DNA of 64,000 bases. It comes from Ranitomeya imitator (lineage: Eukaryota). Made by a program: the position numbers and the translations under genes. Position 1 is the first letter of the stretch. The number at the start of each line of letters is the position of its first letter. The notes under the pieces were generated by a model. The model ran no database searches, had not been told where the DNA came from, and saw nothing but the letters and a program-made list of their open reading frames with translations. The DNA lies in NCBI RefSeq assembly GCF_032444005.1, contig NC_091291.1:100998001-101062000 (forward strand). The letters are read 5' to 3'. Positions 1-13,347 of this stretch are shown here, in pieces.

Positions 1-330
1 TGATCCGATTTTCTCGGAAGAAGAGAAGATGGAAAAAAAATGTCTCGATCACCTCCGTTCCGTCAGTCTGTGGAAATTGGACTGCACTCAGATGTCATTC
101 GAGTGCAGTCCGATGGTTTCTACGCACTCATTAATTTGCATGGCCGAGTGCGATCCGAATATTGGATCAAATTCAGGCATGTCGTGATTTTATTCCCCAG
201 ACAGGCTCTATCCAAGGAAAAAATCTGACATGTGCACGACCCCATAGAATAACATTGGTCTGAGTGCGATCTGATGTTTTGTCAGATCGCACTGCGACCG
301 ATAATATGGTAGTCTGGACGAATTCTGAAA
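1..330. mobile_element. Degraded non-autonomous DNA element (MITE-like) fragment
   Basis: Shares the motif ctgacatgtgcac..ccc(t)atagaata (about 226-252) with the insertion in hes5 copy 1 intron 2 (about 16205-16230). No termini identified. Confidence 0.35.
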
Positions 331-353
331 ATGAGGGCGTTAGTGCACTCTTG

Positions 354-3300
354 GTGTGGCCCAAGGGTTCAGTATAATATTACGCCCCCTCAGATTGCAT
401 GCTGGGCACTGTTGTATCTTGGTTGCCAGCACTCAAACGAGTGCGGTCTGAGCTGCGCAGCCGCATTCGCGCAGTGTTATTTCCTGCTACCATCTTTGGC
501 TCCTGTCTACAGTATAATCCTGAGTGGCGGCCACAGACAGGCTCAACAATTACAGTCATCAATGACTCTGTGCGTGCAGCTGCAGAGTGTGTATGGAGGT
601 GCAGAGTGTGTGTGTGGAGGTGCAGAGTGTGTGTGTGTGGAGGTGCAGAGTGTGTGTGGAGGTGCAGAGTGTGTGTGGAGGTGCAGAGTGTGTGTGGAGA
701 TGCAGAGTGTGTGTGTGGAGGTGCAGAGTGTGTGTGTGGAGGTGCAGAGTGTGTGTGTGGAGGTGCAGAGTGTGTGGGGGTGCAGAGTGTGTGGGGGTGC
801 AGAGTGTGTGTGGAGGTGCAGAGTGTGTGTGGAGGTGCAGAGTGTGTGTGGAGGTGCAGAGTGTGTGTAGAGGTGCAGAGTGTGTGGAGGTGCAGAGTGT
901 GTGAGGAGGTGCAGAGTGTGTGTGGAGGTGCAGAGTGTGTGTGGAGGTGAAGAGTGTGTGTGGAGGTGCAGTGTGTGTGGAGGTGCAGAGTGTGTGTGGA
1001 GGTGCAGAGTGTGTGTGGAGTTGCAGAGTGTGTGGAGGTGCAGAGTGTGTGTGTGGAGGTGCAGAGTGTGTGTGTGGAGGTGCAGAGTGTGTGTGTGGAG
1101 GTGCAGAGTGTGTGTGTGGAGGTGCAGAGTGTGTGTGGGGGTGCAGAGTGTGTTTGGAGGTGCAGAGTGTGTGTGGAGGTGCAGAGTGTGTGGAGGTGCA
1201 GAGTGTGTGTGGAGGTGCAGAGTGTGTGGAGGTGCAGAGTGTGTATGGAGGTGCAGGGTGTGTGGAGGTGCAGAGTGTGTGTGGGGGTGCAGAGTGTGTG
1301 TGGAGGTGCAGAGTGTGTGTGGAGGTGCAGAGTGTGGATGTGCAGAGTGTGTGTGGAGGTGCAGAGTGTGTGGAGGTGCAGAGTGTGTGTGGGGGTGCAG
1401 AGTGTGTGTGGAGGTGCAGAGTGTGTGGAGGTGCAGAGTGTGTGTGGAGGTGCAGAGTGTGTGTGGGGGTGCAGAGTGTGTGTGGGGGTGCAGAGTGTGT
1501 GTGGAGGTGCAGAGTGTGTGTGGAGGTGCAGAGTGTGTATGGAGGTGCAGGGTGTGTGGAGGTGCAGAGTGTGTGTGGAGGTGCAGTGTGTGTGGAGGTG
1601 CAGAGTGTGTGTAGAGGTGCAGAGTGTGTGTGGGGGTGCAGAGTGTGTGTGGAGGTGCAGAGTGTGTGTGGAGGTGCAGAGTGTATGGAGGTGCAGGGTG
1701 TGTGGAGGTGCAGAGTGTGTGTGGAGGTGCAGAGCGATCTAAGTACTGTACTGCAGACAGTACATCAGCAGAGTTCAAGCAGCGCTCGCTTGAGTGCTCA
1801 GTATTGTAATTGAGGGGGCGTAATGCGTGCAGCTGCAGAGTGTGTATGGAGGTGCAGAGTGTGTGTGGAGGTGCAGAGTGTGTGTGTGTGAAGGTGCAGA
1901 GTGTGTGTGGAGGTGCAGAGTGTGTGTGTGGAGGTGCAGAGTGTGTGTGTGGAGGTGCAGAGTGTGTGGGGGTGCAGAGTGTGTGGAGGTGCAGAGTGTG
2001 TGTGGAGGTGCAGAGTGTGTGTGGAGGTGCAGAGTGTGTGTGGAGGTGCAGAGTGTGTGTAGAGGTGCAGAGTGTGTGGAGGTGCAGAGTGTGTGAGGAG
2101 GTGCAGAGTGTGTGGGGGTGCAGAGTGTGTGTGGGGGTGCAGAGTGTGTGTGGAGGTGCAGAGTGTGTGTGGAGGTGCAGAGTGTGTGTGGGGGTGCAGA
2201 GTGTGTGTGGAGGTGCAGAGTGTGTGTGGAGGTGCAGAGTGTGTATGGAGGTGCAGGGTGTGTGGAGGTGCAGAGTGTGTGTGGAGGTGCAGTGTGTGTG
2301 GAGGTGCAGAGTGTGTGTAGAGGTGCAGAGTGTGTGTAGAGGTGCAGAGTGTGTGTGGGGGTGCAGAGTGTGTGTGGAGGTGCAGAGTGTATGGAGGTGC
2401 AGGGTGTGTGGAGGTGCAGAGTGTGTGTGGAGGTGCAGAGCGATCTCAGTACTGTACTGCAGACAGTACATCAGCAGAGTTCAAGCAGCGCTCGCTTGAG
2501 TGCTCAGTATTGTAATTGAGGGGGCGTAATGCATGCAGCTGCAGAGTGTGTATGGAGGTGCAGAGTGTGTGTGGAGGTGCAGAGTGTGTGTGTGGAGGTG
2601 CAGAGTGTGTGTGTGGAGGTGCAGAGTGTGTGTGTGGAGGTGCAGAGTGTGTGTGTGGAGGTGCAGAGTGTGTGTGTGGAGGTGCAGAGTGTGTGGAGGT
2701 GCAGAGTGTGTGTGGAGGTGCAGAGTGTGTGTGGAGGTGCAGAGTGTGTGTAGAGGTGCAGAGTGTGTGGAGGTGCAGAGTGTGTGAGGAGGTGCAGAGT
2801 GTGTGGGGGTGCAGAGTGTGTGTGGGGGTGCAGAGTGTGTGTGGAGGTGCAGAGTGTGTGTGGGGGTGCAGAGTGTGTGTGGAGGTGCAGAGTGTGTGTG
2901 GAGGTGCAGAGTGTGTATGGAGGTGCAGGGTGTGTGGAGGTGCAGAGTGTGTGTGGAGGTGCAGTGTGTGTGGAGGTGCAGAGTGTGTGTAGAGGTGCAG
3001 AGTGTGTGTAGAGGTGCAGAGTGTGTGTGGGGGTGCAGAGTGTGTGTGGAGGTGCAGAGTGTATGGAGGTGCAGGGTGTGTGGAGGTGCAGAGTGTGTGT
3101 GGAGGTGCAGAGCGATCTCAGTACTGTACTGCAGACAGTACATCAGCAGAGTTCAAGCAGCGCTCGCTTGAGTGCTCAGTATTGTAATTGAGGGGGCGTA
3201 ATGCATGCAGCTGCAGAGTGTGTATGGAGGTGCAGAGTGTGTGTGGAGGTGCAGAGTGTGTGTGTGGAGGTGCAGAGTGTGTGTGTGGAGGTGCAGAGTG

Positions 3301-4400
3301 TGTGTGTGGAGGTGCAGAGTGTGTGTGTGGAGGTGCAGAGTGTGTGGAGGTGCAGAGTGTGTGTGGAGGTGCAGAGTGTGTGTGGAGGTGCAGAGTGTGT
3401 GTGGAGGTGCAGAGTGTGTGTAGAGGTGCAGAGTGTGTGGAGGTGCAGAGTGTGAGGAGGTGCAGAGTGTGAGGAGGTGCAGAGTGTGTGGAGGTGCAGA
3501 CTGTGTGTGGGGGTGCAGAGTGTGTGTGGGGGTGCAGAGTGTGTGTGGAGGTGCAGAGTGTGTGTGGAGGTGCAGAGTGTGTGTGGAGGTGCAGAGTGTG
3601 TGTGGAGGTGCAGAGTGTGTGTGTGGAGGTGCAGAGTGTGTGTGTGGAGGTGCAGAGTGTGTGTGTGGAGGTGCAGAGTGTGTGTGGGGGTGCAGAGTGT
3701 GTGTGGAGGTGCAGAGTGTGTGTGGAGGTACAGAGTGTGTGTGGAGGTGCAGAGTGTGTGTGGAGGTGCAGAGTGTGTGTGGAGGTGCAGAGTGTGTGTA
3801 GAGGTGCAGAGTGTGTGTGGAGGTGCAGAGTGTGTGAGGACGTGCAGAGTGTGTGGAGGTGCAGAGTGTGTGTGGAGGTGCAGAGTGTGTGTGGAGGTGC
3901 AGAGTGTGTGTGGAGGTGCAGTGTGTGGAGGTGCAGAGTGTGTGTGGAGGTGCAGAGTGTGTGTGGAGGTGCAGAGTGTGTGGAGGTGCAGAGTGTGTGT
4001 GGGGGTGCAGAGTGTGTGTGGAGGTGCAGAGTGTGTGGAGGTGCAGAGTGTGTGTGGAGGTGCAGAGTGTGTGTGGGGGTGCAGAGTGTGTGTAGAGGTG
4101 CAGAGTGTGTGTGAGGGTGCAGAGTGTGTGTGGAGGTGCAGAGTGTGTGTGGAGGTGCAGAGTGTGTGTGGAGGTGCAGAGTGTGTATGGAGGTGCAGAG
4201 TGTGTATGGAGGTGCAGGGTGTGTGGAGGTGCAGAGTGTGTGTGGAGGTGCAGAGTGTGTGTGGAGGTGCAGAGCGACCTCAGTACTGTACTGCAGACAG
4301 TACATCAGCAGAGTTCAAGCAGCGCTCGCTTGAGTGCTCAGTATTGTAATTGAGGGGGCGTAATGATACCTAGCGTAGCACTGAACCCTTTGGCCACACT
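354..4400. mobile_element. Putative TIR-bounded element hosting the GT-rich satellite
   Basis: Left end gtgtggcccaagggttcagt...attacgccccctca...agcactcaaacgagtgc (354-444) is an inverted match to right end gcgctcgcttgagtgct...tgagggggcgtaat...actgaaccctttggccacac (4322-4399). No TSD found. Confidence 0.5.
573..4366. repeat. Compound satellite: (GGAGGTGCAGAG(TG)n) monomers of about 17-23 bp organised in four higher-order units
   Basis: Monomer read directly. A roughly 100-bp non-monomer block (cgatctcagtactgtactg...gagggggcgtaatg) starts at 1735, 2441, 3113 and 4275 (spacings 706, 672, 1162). Confidence 0.95.
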
Positions 4401-4796
4401 ATGTGAGCACCAACGTCCCCTCATGCCTTCAAAATAATTTGTTTATCTATATGCCAACCAAACCACTAGAAGCTATACTACAGGTATGATTTTTAGTGTA
4501 GCTAAGCCCCATAAATACCTGTATAAGTTGTTTAGATAGTGTTTTAGAGAAGACAGATTCCCTTCAAGTTTCCTGTTATTGTAATACCACTGTTTACCTG
4601 TAGAGGTCACTAATTCATTATATCAATCTGTAGTGTGTCTGAGCCATAGGGTGCGGATGTTCCCCATACACAACAGATAGCTCTTGGCCATTAGCTATGT
4701 CCCCAACCTCCTCCATACACAGGAGCGCTCAACGCTTCTGTTCTCTATGAGAGGAACCGCAGCCGGACTCCTCTGCTGGAAGATTATGTTCTAGAT

Positions 4797-4958
4797 CAGG
4801 GGTCCCCAACTCCAGTCCTCAAGGCCCACCAACAGGTCATGTTTTCAGGATTTCCTTTGCATTGCACAGGTGATGCAATTATTACCTGGGCAAGACTAAG
4901 GAAATCCTGAAAACATGACATGTTGGTGGGCCTTGAGGACTGGAGTTGGGGACCCCTG
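4797..4958. mobile_element. hAT-type MITE, 162 bp
   Basis: Long TIRs caggggtccccaactccagtcctcaaggcccaccaaca / tgttggtgggccttgaggactggagttggggacccctg. Perfect 8-bp TSD TTCTAGAT at 4789-4796 and 4959-4966. Confidence 0.92.
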
Positions 4959-6828
4959 TTCTAGATAACAAAAGGATCTGCCTATGGAAATCCAAAGTGC
5001 TGAATCCTTGTCCCCTCTGACAGCACCTCTTGGGGAGGAGACGGGAGGCCCCCATAGACAACAGTCTGGAGATACAAAATGATGTAGAATCAGGTACCAT
5101 AGTAAATCCAAAGCTGGCAGCATAAAACCCAAATGAAAGCCAAAGGGAAACCCGGGACGACCGGAAGACATCGTGGCCCATGTCGCCTGGGCAGCAAAGG
5201 AAGTGGGAGCGTGGCGTCCCGTGTTGCCACATCTCTCACCACTTCCACACATGAGGCACCACCGTGTGTCTTCGCTCCACCCAAAAGCACGCTAGTGCCG
5301 CCCCCAGGGCAGTCTGAACGGCGGAGCAGTCTGAAAACCGGAGGATGACGATTGCATCCGCGGCAGGTATTCCTAACAGGAACTTAGCTCTTTTCATAAA
5401 ATTTCGATCTGCTGAACTGCGTAATTAGTATCTAGAGAACACGAAGGCCTCATTCAGAGTTACGTTGTTCACGTGTACGTTCTATCTGTGGCTTTCAATG
5501 ATAGAACACTTACCCAATATAATCTATGGGGTTCATCACAAGTCCGTGTTTTTTTATGGACCGAGGGTCCACAAAGTCTGTTTTTTTTCTGTGCAATATG
5601 GATCAACATCATCTGTGTAAGAGTATGGGCCTGTGAAAATCACTCACAGCACACTGGTGACATCAGTGCGTAATCTGGGTTCGGTCTGTGATTAATAGAT
5701 GAAGATGACATTTATTTATTCATCAGTAAAAATCAGCTCTTCCTCTTGAACGTAAGTGCTGACATCATGATGACTGACAGCCGGCTCCCCGCAGTTAGGT
5801 AGCGGGGAGCAGGTTGTCAATCAGCATGACGTTGGCAGTGACGCCCCATTAACAGCTCTGTCAACTGGATGTCAGCAGAAGCCAGTGAATCACCGTCAGG
5901 AGAGGTGTGTGACCGCTCTACGCTGGGCCGGCAGAGATCGACGCCGGGCACAACAGGCAGTTGTTGGCAACTACCTGCCTGTTAGTTCTTAGGCCCATAG
6001 TAAAAAGTGAAATTAGACCTGGATAACTCCTTTACCGTCATGTCTGAGAAACTTCTTGAAATATACAAGGGATTCCAACTCCTGGTTCTTTAGATTTTAA
6101 ATAAAAAGAAAAGCCAGTGCCGAGGACTATATAAAATAAAACAATAATAGGAAAATGGTTTTTATTGAAGTTACAGAATAATTGTCCAATAAATTACGCA
6201 ATCGTTTCCGAAAATAAATTAAGTTGGTTTATTAGACCATTGAAGAGAAGACACAGCCAAGATGAAAATGTATCTTTGGTAATATAGACCCAATAATGCC
6301 CGGCTTCACACTTTCATCTTTTACGATCACTATATATTTGGTTGAATGCCATCCCATGTGAAACGGCTGGGGGCACGATACTATTGAATGCAGCCAAGTA
6401 TGACTTTTCTCGCCTCTGTGTCCGCACTTCCACATTCTGCACACTGTGAATGTCCATCACTGTTGTCACACTCCTTGTTATGAGAAACACCACAGGGAAC
6501 TTTGAGAAAAATCTGAAATTTCTCCAAAAACTGCTGCAGCTTCGGTAAAACTGAGGCAGTTCAAACATTATTATGACAAAGCTATCCTGCAAAAGTCAGG
6601 TGAATTTAATACAAAATATTTAGGACAGAACACATTATATATAAGGTGACCCAAGGCCTATGTAACCAGATCACCAAAGGCAATAGCCATGGAAACTACT
6701 CCCACCAACTTGTAAACATGCATGAATGGAGTAAAAATAGTCCACCAAAAGAGGTAAAAGCAAAATAATTTTATTTAACCAAATATATACAAGGCACCAA
6801 AGAAGACAGTTTTCATTGATAGAGTTCA

Positions 6829-7283
6829 AGAATCCAAGGAATCAAGTGCAGCAAAAAATCACATGGAGACCCACAGGTACAGCATAGTAAAGTCAAGTAA
6901 CAAGACATGTAAATACAACTAAAGTGATAGTGCTTCAAGTCCTATCCAGAAAAAGTAAACAGTGAAACACATGCCGCCACGTCAGCACAAGTGCGCAAAG
7001 TATAATAACATATATGATAAGTAAACATGCCAGTGCTGACATGGCAGCACAAGGATCACAAATGATAAATGTTCTTACCCATGGCTGTCCTGCAAGTCAT
7101 ATGTGCAACCCCAACGCGCGTTTCGCGTGGGCTTCGTCAGGAGACTGTGACAGCCCACTGATGAAGCCCACGCGAAACGTGCGTTGGGGTTGCACGTGTT
7201 ACATGTCTTATTACTTGACTTTACTATGCTGTACCTGTGGGTCTGCACGTGATTTTTTGCTGCACTTGATTCCTTGGTTTCTT
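6829..7283. mobile_element. Penelope-like inverted repeat remnant with two opposed hammerhead cores
   Basis: Outer arms about 6829-6912 / 7199-7283, inner arms 7103-7140 / 7158-7195. Cores CTGATGA-A-GC-ccac-GC-GAAAC (+, from 7158) and CTGACGA-A-GC-ccac-GC-GAAAC (-, from 7140). Confidence 0.6.
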
Positions 7284-7825
7284 AAATTCTGTCAATGATA
7301 TGTCTTTTTAAAAGCTAGAGGAGTTTAGGGTCTCGTAGCCTTAATAAGGACCCTAAAATGTGTCAGTGTTGTGTTTCAATTGGCATCGTGTAACCCATTG
7401 TTTCTCCAGCAGTGGCCACCACTGCCACCAAGCAGGAGAAAGGAGGCATCATATTATGGAGGAAAAATGTCTTTGTGATATAGCATGTGATTGAACATGG
7501 CACCATTTACCCATTTGTTTTTATCATAGATCATCCACCTACACAGTGAGTTTTTACTTTTTCAATTTCTCACACTATTGGCCAGAGCTTTGAAACCAGG
7601 GATCCCTTTATCATTACAGGAGCTCTCACATTTGCAATGGTTTTCAAAAAGTTGAAATTTGCAAAAACTGATAGGTCAGAAAAAAATCAGTGGCACTGGT
7701 TACCCTTTCAATAAAAATTTGAGAACAACAACCATAAGCCACTGAAGTCTATAATGTGTATATATGATACCTTAGATACTTTAGTCCAAGGGTCTGACGT
7801 CAACTCTGAGACTATTATGGAGCTC

Positions 7826-7860
7826 GGTGTGAAAGTGTGCCTGGCAGAAGGGTGTGAGAA
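7826..7860 (+). promoter_or_regulatory. Paired T-box-like half-sites, the second overlapping an RBPJ site
   Basis: GGTGTGAAA (7826-7834) and GGTGTGAGAA (7851-7860, containing TGTGAGAA). The same module recurs at 10564/10589. Confidence 0.4.
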
Positions 7861-9022
7861 CTGCTGTATATGTGCTAAGAAAGCTGATAGTGTTATTTCT
7901 TCCTCCCCCCGCCAAAAAAAAAATTGTATCCTCTATCCATGAGATCACTAAGGGTCTGATCTCTGAACCCCCCAGCGATCATGAGATTGGGGCTTTGGAG
8001 CAATTAGAACGAAGGTCTGCAGCCCCGTCCTGATTGGAGCAGAGGTGCGCTTGCTCAGACTCTGCTTTATTCATAATGTAAACGCCTACTGGAAATAGCG
8101 GAGCACTGCACTCAGCAGTCCCATAGACAATGAATGAAGCGGAAGCCAAGCAAGTGCACCTCTGCTCAATTTAGGGCAGGGCTCTATTTTCTTGCTTCCA
8201 AAGACTGATCTTTAGACCATTAAGGGTCACAGTGATCGGACCCTAGCACTCAGCAAGTTATCACCTATCCTATGGATAAGGGATATATATTTAGTTCCCA
8301 GCAGCAACCTGAGAGTCAGAGATGCGTCTAGGCGTCTTCCCCATGCTATTCCCATTCCGTTTGAGCATTGTTTCCATCCATTTCAGGAAGTTTCCTGCCT
8401 CCCAGCCCTCCTGTTAAGATCTTCTGGAAAAATGCTTGAGTTTCCCATTGACTTCCATTATACTCATTACTCAAGTCGAGCCAGTCCAAGTGTCCGACCT
8501 CATCGATTTTTGTAACGAATACGCAAACATTTTAGTGCTCGATCTTCACTATTGAAAGCCAAAGGTGGATTTACAAAATACTACCAAAATATAAAAAATA
8601 AAATTTAGATTTTTAGGAGCAAAACAGTATCAATGCAGTGACATGACAATGATCGGCATAACTAATCATATGCTAAATAGTTGTAGGTCAAATTTATGTA
8701 TGAGATAGCCAAGATGATTGTCTATAAAATGATGGTAGTCTTGCGTCGAAGCAGCAGTGGACGGTGAGATATGGAGCCTGAAAGTCAAAAGTTCTAAATA
8801 TTGTTACCCTTTTGCTTGTCACTGTACAATGAGAGCTCTGGACCTTCTCTTCTCCCAAGAAGATGTACAGAATCCATGTATAAAGTTAAATCCTATGATT
8901 TCCCCCATACAATGATCAGTGTTTCCCTACCAGGGTTTTTCTAGAAATGGTACAAATTTTCACATTATCAATAAAAATGTCAAACCTATCTCAAACATTG
9001 GAGATGTCAAGATTGGACTTAA

Positions 9023-9351
9023 TCAGTGAAAAGAGGGAGACACAAAAGCGCAAATAGGGTCTTATCAAACGTTACACAAAGTTGCCCACCAAGAGAACTA
9101 CTCACCTGGTGAGATTGAAGGAAGGACATATATTAATGGCGACTTCTGCAGATCCACAGGTCAGTGCAGGACCTGATTGAAGCACACACTTAGATAGGAG
9201 AAAAAAGGATCATCCCCGCGCTGCCGCAAGAAGAATTTCAAAAATTGTAGAGGTTTCAACGTGGTTTAATCTACGCGTTTCAGGGTTCAGATGACCCCTT
9301 CATCAGGACATACCACAAATATTGTGATCCTTTTTTCTCCTATCTAAGTGT
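9023..9351 (-). mobile_element. Short Penelope-like insertion with hammerhead core
   Basis: 14-bp flanking duplication aagattggacttaa (9009-9022, 9352-9365); inverted arms 9186-9212 / 9325-9351. Minus strand reads CTGATGA-AG-GGGT-catctga-ACCC-T-GAAACGCGTA (9306 to 9272). Confidence 0.68.
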
Positions 9352-9719
9352 AAGATTGGACTTAACACAGACCAGTAGAAATGAAAGGATTTTCATAGGC
9401 ACCTTTGAGGTAGTAGGAAGGAAAAGGTTTCCATGAGCTAGAGAAAGCTTTTTCCATAGCAAAAAGTTGGGAATCAAACCCTTTAGGTCTCATTCAGACA
9501 TCCGTTTTTCAAGTACATGTCCTGTCCGTGTTTTTCACATATATAATTGATTGCATACCCATTATAATCTTTAAAGCTGTTCACATGCCATTTTTTTTAT
9601 GAGGAACATGTGTCCACAAAATAATGGTTGGTTATTTATTTTACTTACATACAGTAGCACCATCATATTCCACATCACTTTGCAGAGTTTATAATCACTG
9701 TCCCCATTGGGGTTCAAAA

Positions 9720-10207
9720 TCTCCATTCTCTATCAGTAAGTTGTGGGAGGAAATCGGAGAACCCAGAGGAAACCCAAACAAATTCCTTGAGGAAACATGC
9801 ACGTAACGTCTTTTTCAGGTGCATTCAGCCAGGAACCCATGTAAAAAAGTGCATGAAAATTTAACATACCGTATTTCCCAGCAATGTAAAAACAACATTG
9901 CTGTGTACATGTTTCATCTTTTGCTACTTCTTTTTGAACCCTGAAGTTGTTAAAAGAAGTAGCATGTACATTCTCCTTTACTCTAATAGAACATACAGAG
10001 AAAAGACCCTGGCTGTGGAGTCGCCCCAGATGCCACTTTAGAAAAAAGACCACCCGATTTTTCCAGAAGCGCCTTTGCTTAGGAAAATTTAGTGCTTCTG
10101 CTGCTGGAAAAAATAAATGTTGTGTGCAAATAAAGGTGTCATCCTTGGTGGGATTTCAACCCAGGACCCCTGGGCTTTACAACAACACTGCTAACCGTTG
10201 ATCCACA
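9720..10207 (-). mobile_element. tRNA-derived SINE (V-SINE-like) split into head (10141-10207) and body (about 9720-9800)
   Basis: Minus-strand head gtggatcaacggttagcagtg...cctgggttgaaatcccaccaaggat has A/B-box-like motifs. Body ggaggaaatcggagaacccagaggaaaccc resembles the core of this SINE type. Confidence 0.45.
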
Positions 10208-10554
10208 TGTTGCATGAAGACATTTCTGGGTTGGGGGTTTAAATCATGGATCAAAATTACCCATGGGTTTGTGAAAAATCACTGACAACGCTTGGTGACA
10301 TCCATGTGCAATAAATGTCTGTTTGTAACATTGCGAATAGGTGGGAGAAGCTTTCAATGTATTTATTCACTTCATATAAGAAACTCAAAGATGAAACATT
10401 CATAGTAAAAATTGACACTGATGAAAATCAGAACCAAAACACTGATGAAAATTGGACGTTTTTTTTTTCCTGTATGAGAAAAATCACTGATGTCTGAATA
10501 AGCCTTTAAACCAATGCTTTGGTGCAGCTGTCTGACATCAGCTCAGAGGCCATC

Positions 10555-10970
10555 ATGTAAGTGGGTGTGAAAGTGTGCCTGGCACAGGGGTGTGAAAAGT
10601 ACCATATATGAGCTAAAAGGAAGCCTTTCTTGTAGTTGTCCTCTCCTCACATTATTGCTATGGACAGTAATAGTTCACTACCAGTGAGGCAATATTCCTC
10701 TCAACCCCTTGGGTTGTAATGGAGCTTCAGTTCCTGATACATTGTAGGGATGGATACAGTAGAAGCCTTTGGACTTCCTCTTCTCCCAAGCAGTTGTGAT
10801 ATTTCACACGTTTCTACCAGGCACACTTCCAGTCTCATAGACAAATGTCCTCAATTAGGACTAATGTCCTCAGTTTTCAGAGCCAGGCTGTGATATAAAG
10901 GAGCTAGGGTGTGAAAGTGTGCTGCTCCGATGGGGTCCATTCACACTCAGCTCATCAAAGGACAAGGGAG
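10555..10970. promoter_or_regulatory. Candidate enhancer block A (T-box / TCF / homeodomain motif cluster)
   Basis: GGTGTGAAA at 10564 and 10589; TTTCACACG at 10802; GGGTGTGAAA at 10907; TCACACT at 10941; ATCAAAG at 10954-10960. A 20-mer ctcaattaggactaatgtcc is shared with block B. Confidence 0.45.
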
Positions 10971-11639
10971 TGAAGGAGCTAGATCTAAACTGGAGAGGAC
11001 AAGTGCATAGGAATTGAAAGACTGCAAGTGTGGTTATGTGCAACTATACCGGGGCCATTTACTCTCTTGGTATTGGCATCATAGCAGCGTGGTGGCCTCA
11101 GTCTACAACCTCAAGCGACCTTATCCCATTTGATTATTTTACATGATTGCCTCCAACCTCCAATGACAGACTGACCATGGAACATAGATATATGGCGCAA
11201 GTCATCGGAATTCATACCGCTCATCTAAGACAATAATGCTCAACCTGTACCCTCCAGACAGTTATGGTAAGGAGTAAATCATGGCACTCCTAGTTGGTGC
11301 TCAAGTAAGGTCCAAGTTTATTCATATACTGCAGTTATGGCATTAGGCAAGCGTTGTGGTTTCCCAGCAGCTGAAGGGCCACAAGTTGGACACCACTGAT
11401 GTGAAAGTGACCATACACATTAGATAGTAGCTTGATGGTTGAACAAACAATCTTTTGGTAAAAAACCATTAAGCCTCCAGTAGATAATAGACTAATGTTG
11501 GATGAACCCACCGATATTGATGTGTTCGGGCGACAGTCTAGTGTATAAGTATAGTATAAGAGCTGGAGGAGAAAAGGATGCCTAATTTCAGACTGACAAA
11601 CTTTTTGTTCTCCCAAAGATAAACCATCACAAGACATAT

Positions 11640-12148
11640 CTGTCACCGACTCTCATAGAGAACATAGGAGTACTCGGTCGAAGAAGCACTCTTGTGTATG
11701 AGAGACATGGCTGAGATGGCTGTCAGCTGAACCATGGTGGCCCGAAATAAAAATGAAGAAGCCGCAACTTCAATATTGTTATAAAAAGCGTCGGCTCCAG
11801 TTTGCAAACAAGTACAAATAGTGGACAATAGAAGATTGGAAACGGGTGATTTGGAGTGATGACATGAAAATCAATAGACTAGGGTCTGATGGGTGCAAAT
11901 TGGTCTGGATGAAACAAGGGAAAAATGGATTGAGAAATTGAAGAAACTGTCCAGTTCGGTGGAGGAAGCCTGTTGATATGGGGTTGTTTCACAACCAAAA
12001 GCATTGTATACTTGACCAGGATCGTTGGTGGCCTCAATGCTGAGCTACATGTGAGTATGCTACAGGATGATTTACTTCGTATACTCAAGTACTTTGGGTA
12101 TGAAAAGGACGACATAGTGTTCCAGCAGGACAATGACACGAAGCATAC
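11640..12148 (+). mobile_element. Degraded Tc1/mariner transposase fragment
   Basis: Conceptual translation across frameshifts gives WTIEDWKRVIWSD..., GGGSLLIWGCF, and IVFQQDNDTKH. Confidence 0.78.
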
Positions 12149-12606
12149 GTTTAAGATTTTATATGTTCTCCCTGTATTTGCGTGGGTTTCCGCCACATTC
12201 TCCAGTTTCTTCCAGATGATAATGTCCGTAAAACAGTGTGTAATAAGATGGCATTGTGGAATATAATGGCGCTATAAAAGTGAATAAAATGAATAAATAC
12301 ACTAAGATCGCTGTATACATCACATAAGAAGGAGCGGGTGAGGAGCACAGAGCGTGTTATCTCCGCCCATAAAGAACATCCTACCACTGGAAGTGTTGGA
12401 CTTAATCCAGCATTGCATGTGCCGTGGTGGTGTTCAGGAGTGAATGCTGTGTGCATGTGCACACACTCTACAGAAATCCTAAAGGGCCATCGGATGGAAA
12501 GATGGGGCCTATGGCCCACCAGGAATCTGACCTAAGGCTGGGTTCCACCGAATAATATCGTGGTCCATAAATAGCTCACAGATCAGAGGTTCCCCTCACT
12601 ACCCTT

Positions 12607-13347
12607 AAGGTACCGTCAAATTTAGTGACGCTGCAGCGATCTAGACAACAATCCCGATCGCTACAGCGTCGTTGTGTGGTCGCTGGAGAGCTGTCACACA
12701 GACAGCTCTCCAGCGATTAACTATGCCAAGTCCCCTGGTAACCAGGGTAAACATCGGGTTACTAAGCGCAGGACCGCGCTTAGTAACCCAATGTTTACCC
12801 TGGTTACCAGCGTAAACGTAAAAAAAACTCAAACACTACATACTTACATTCCGGTGTCTGTCCCCCGACGTTCTGCTTTCCTGCACTGAAGGTGAGCGCC
12901 AGCTGGCCGGAAAGCACAGCGGTAACGTCACCGCTGTAATCTGCTATACGGCTGGCCGGCGCTGACAGTGCAGGGAAGCAGAACGCCGAGGGACGCGACA
13001 GACACCGGAATGTAAGTATGTAGTCTTTGGTTTTTTTTTGCATTTACACTGGTAACCAGGGTAAACATCGGGTTACTAAGCGCGGCCCTGCGCTTAGTAA
13101 CCCGATGTTTACCCTGGTTACCAGTGAAGACATCACTGAATCGGCGTCACACACGCCGATTCAGCGATGTCTGCGGGAGATCCAGCGACGAAATAAAGTT
13201 CTGGACTTTCTGCTCCGACCAACGATGTCACAGCAGGATCCAGATCGCTGCTGCGTGTCAAACACAATGATATCGCTAGTCAGGACGCTGCAACGTCACG
13301 GATCGGTAGCGATATCGTTGTTAAGTTGGCCAGTGTGACGGTACCTT
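12607..13347. mobile_element. TTAA-type MITE (T2/Kolobok-like), family copy 1 of 4
   Basis: Termini aaggtaccgtca / tgacggtacctt at a TTAA-like site; internal inverted blocks ggtaaccagggtaaacatcgggttactaagcgc. Same family at 27118, 37310 and 40998. Confidence 0.85.

Noticed and set aside
399-4353. Many long ORFs on both strands (e.g. 543-2471, 642 aa)
   Set aside because: Translations of the stop-poor GT-rich satellite; all frames are repetitive and have no domain.
573-4366. Repeat-and-spacer look resembling a CRISPR array
   Set aside because: The intervening blocks are near-identical rather than unique, monomers vary in length, and the DNA is vertebrate with no cas genes.
6232-6592. Two overlapping minus-strand ORFs with protein-like composition
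   Set aside because: No recognisable family and no convincing splice signals; left unannotated.
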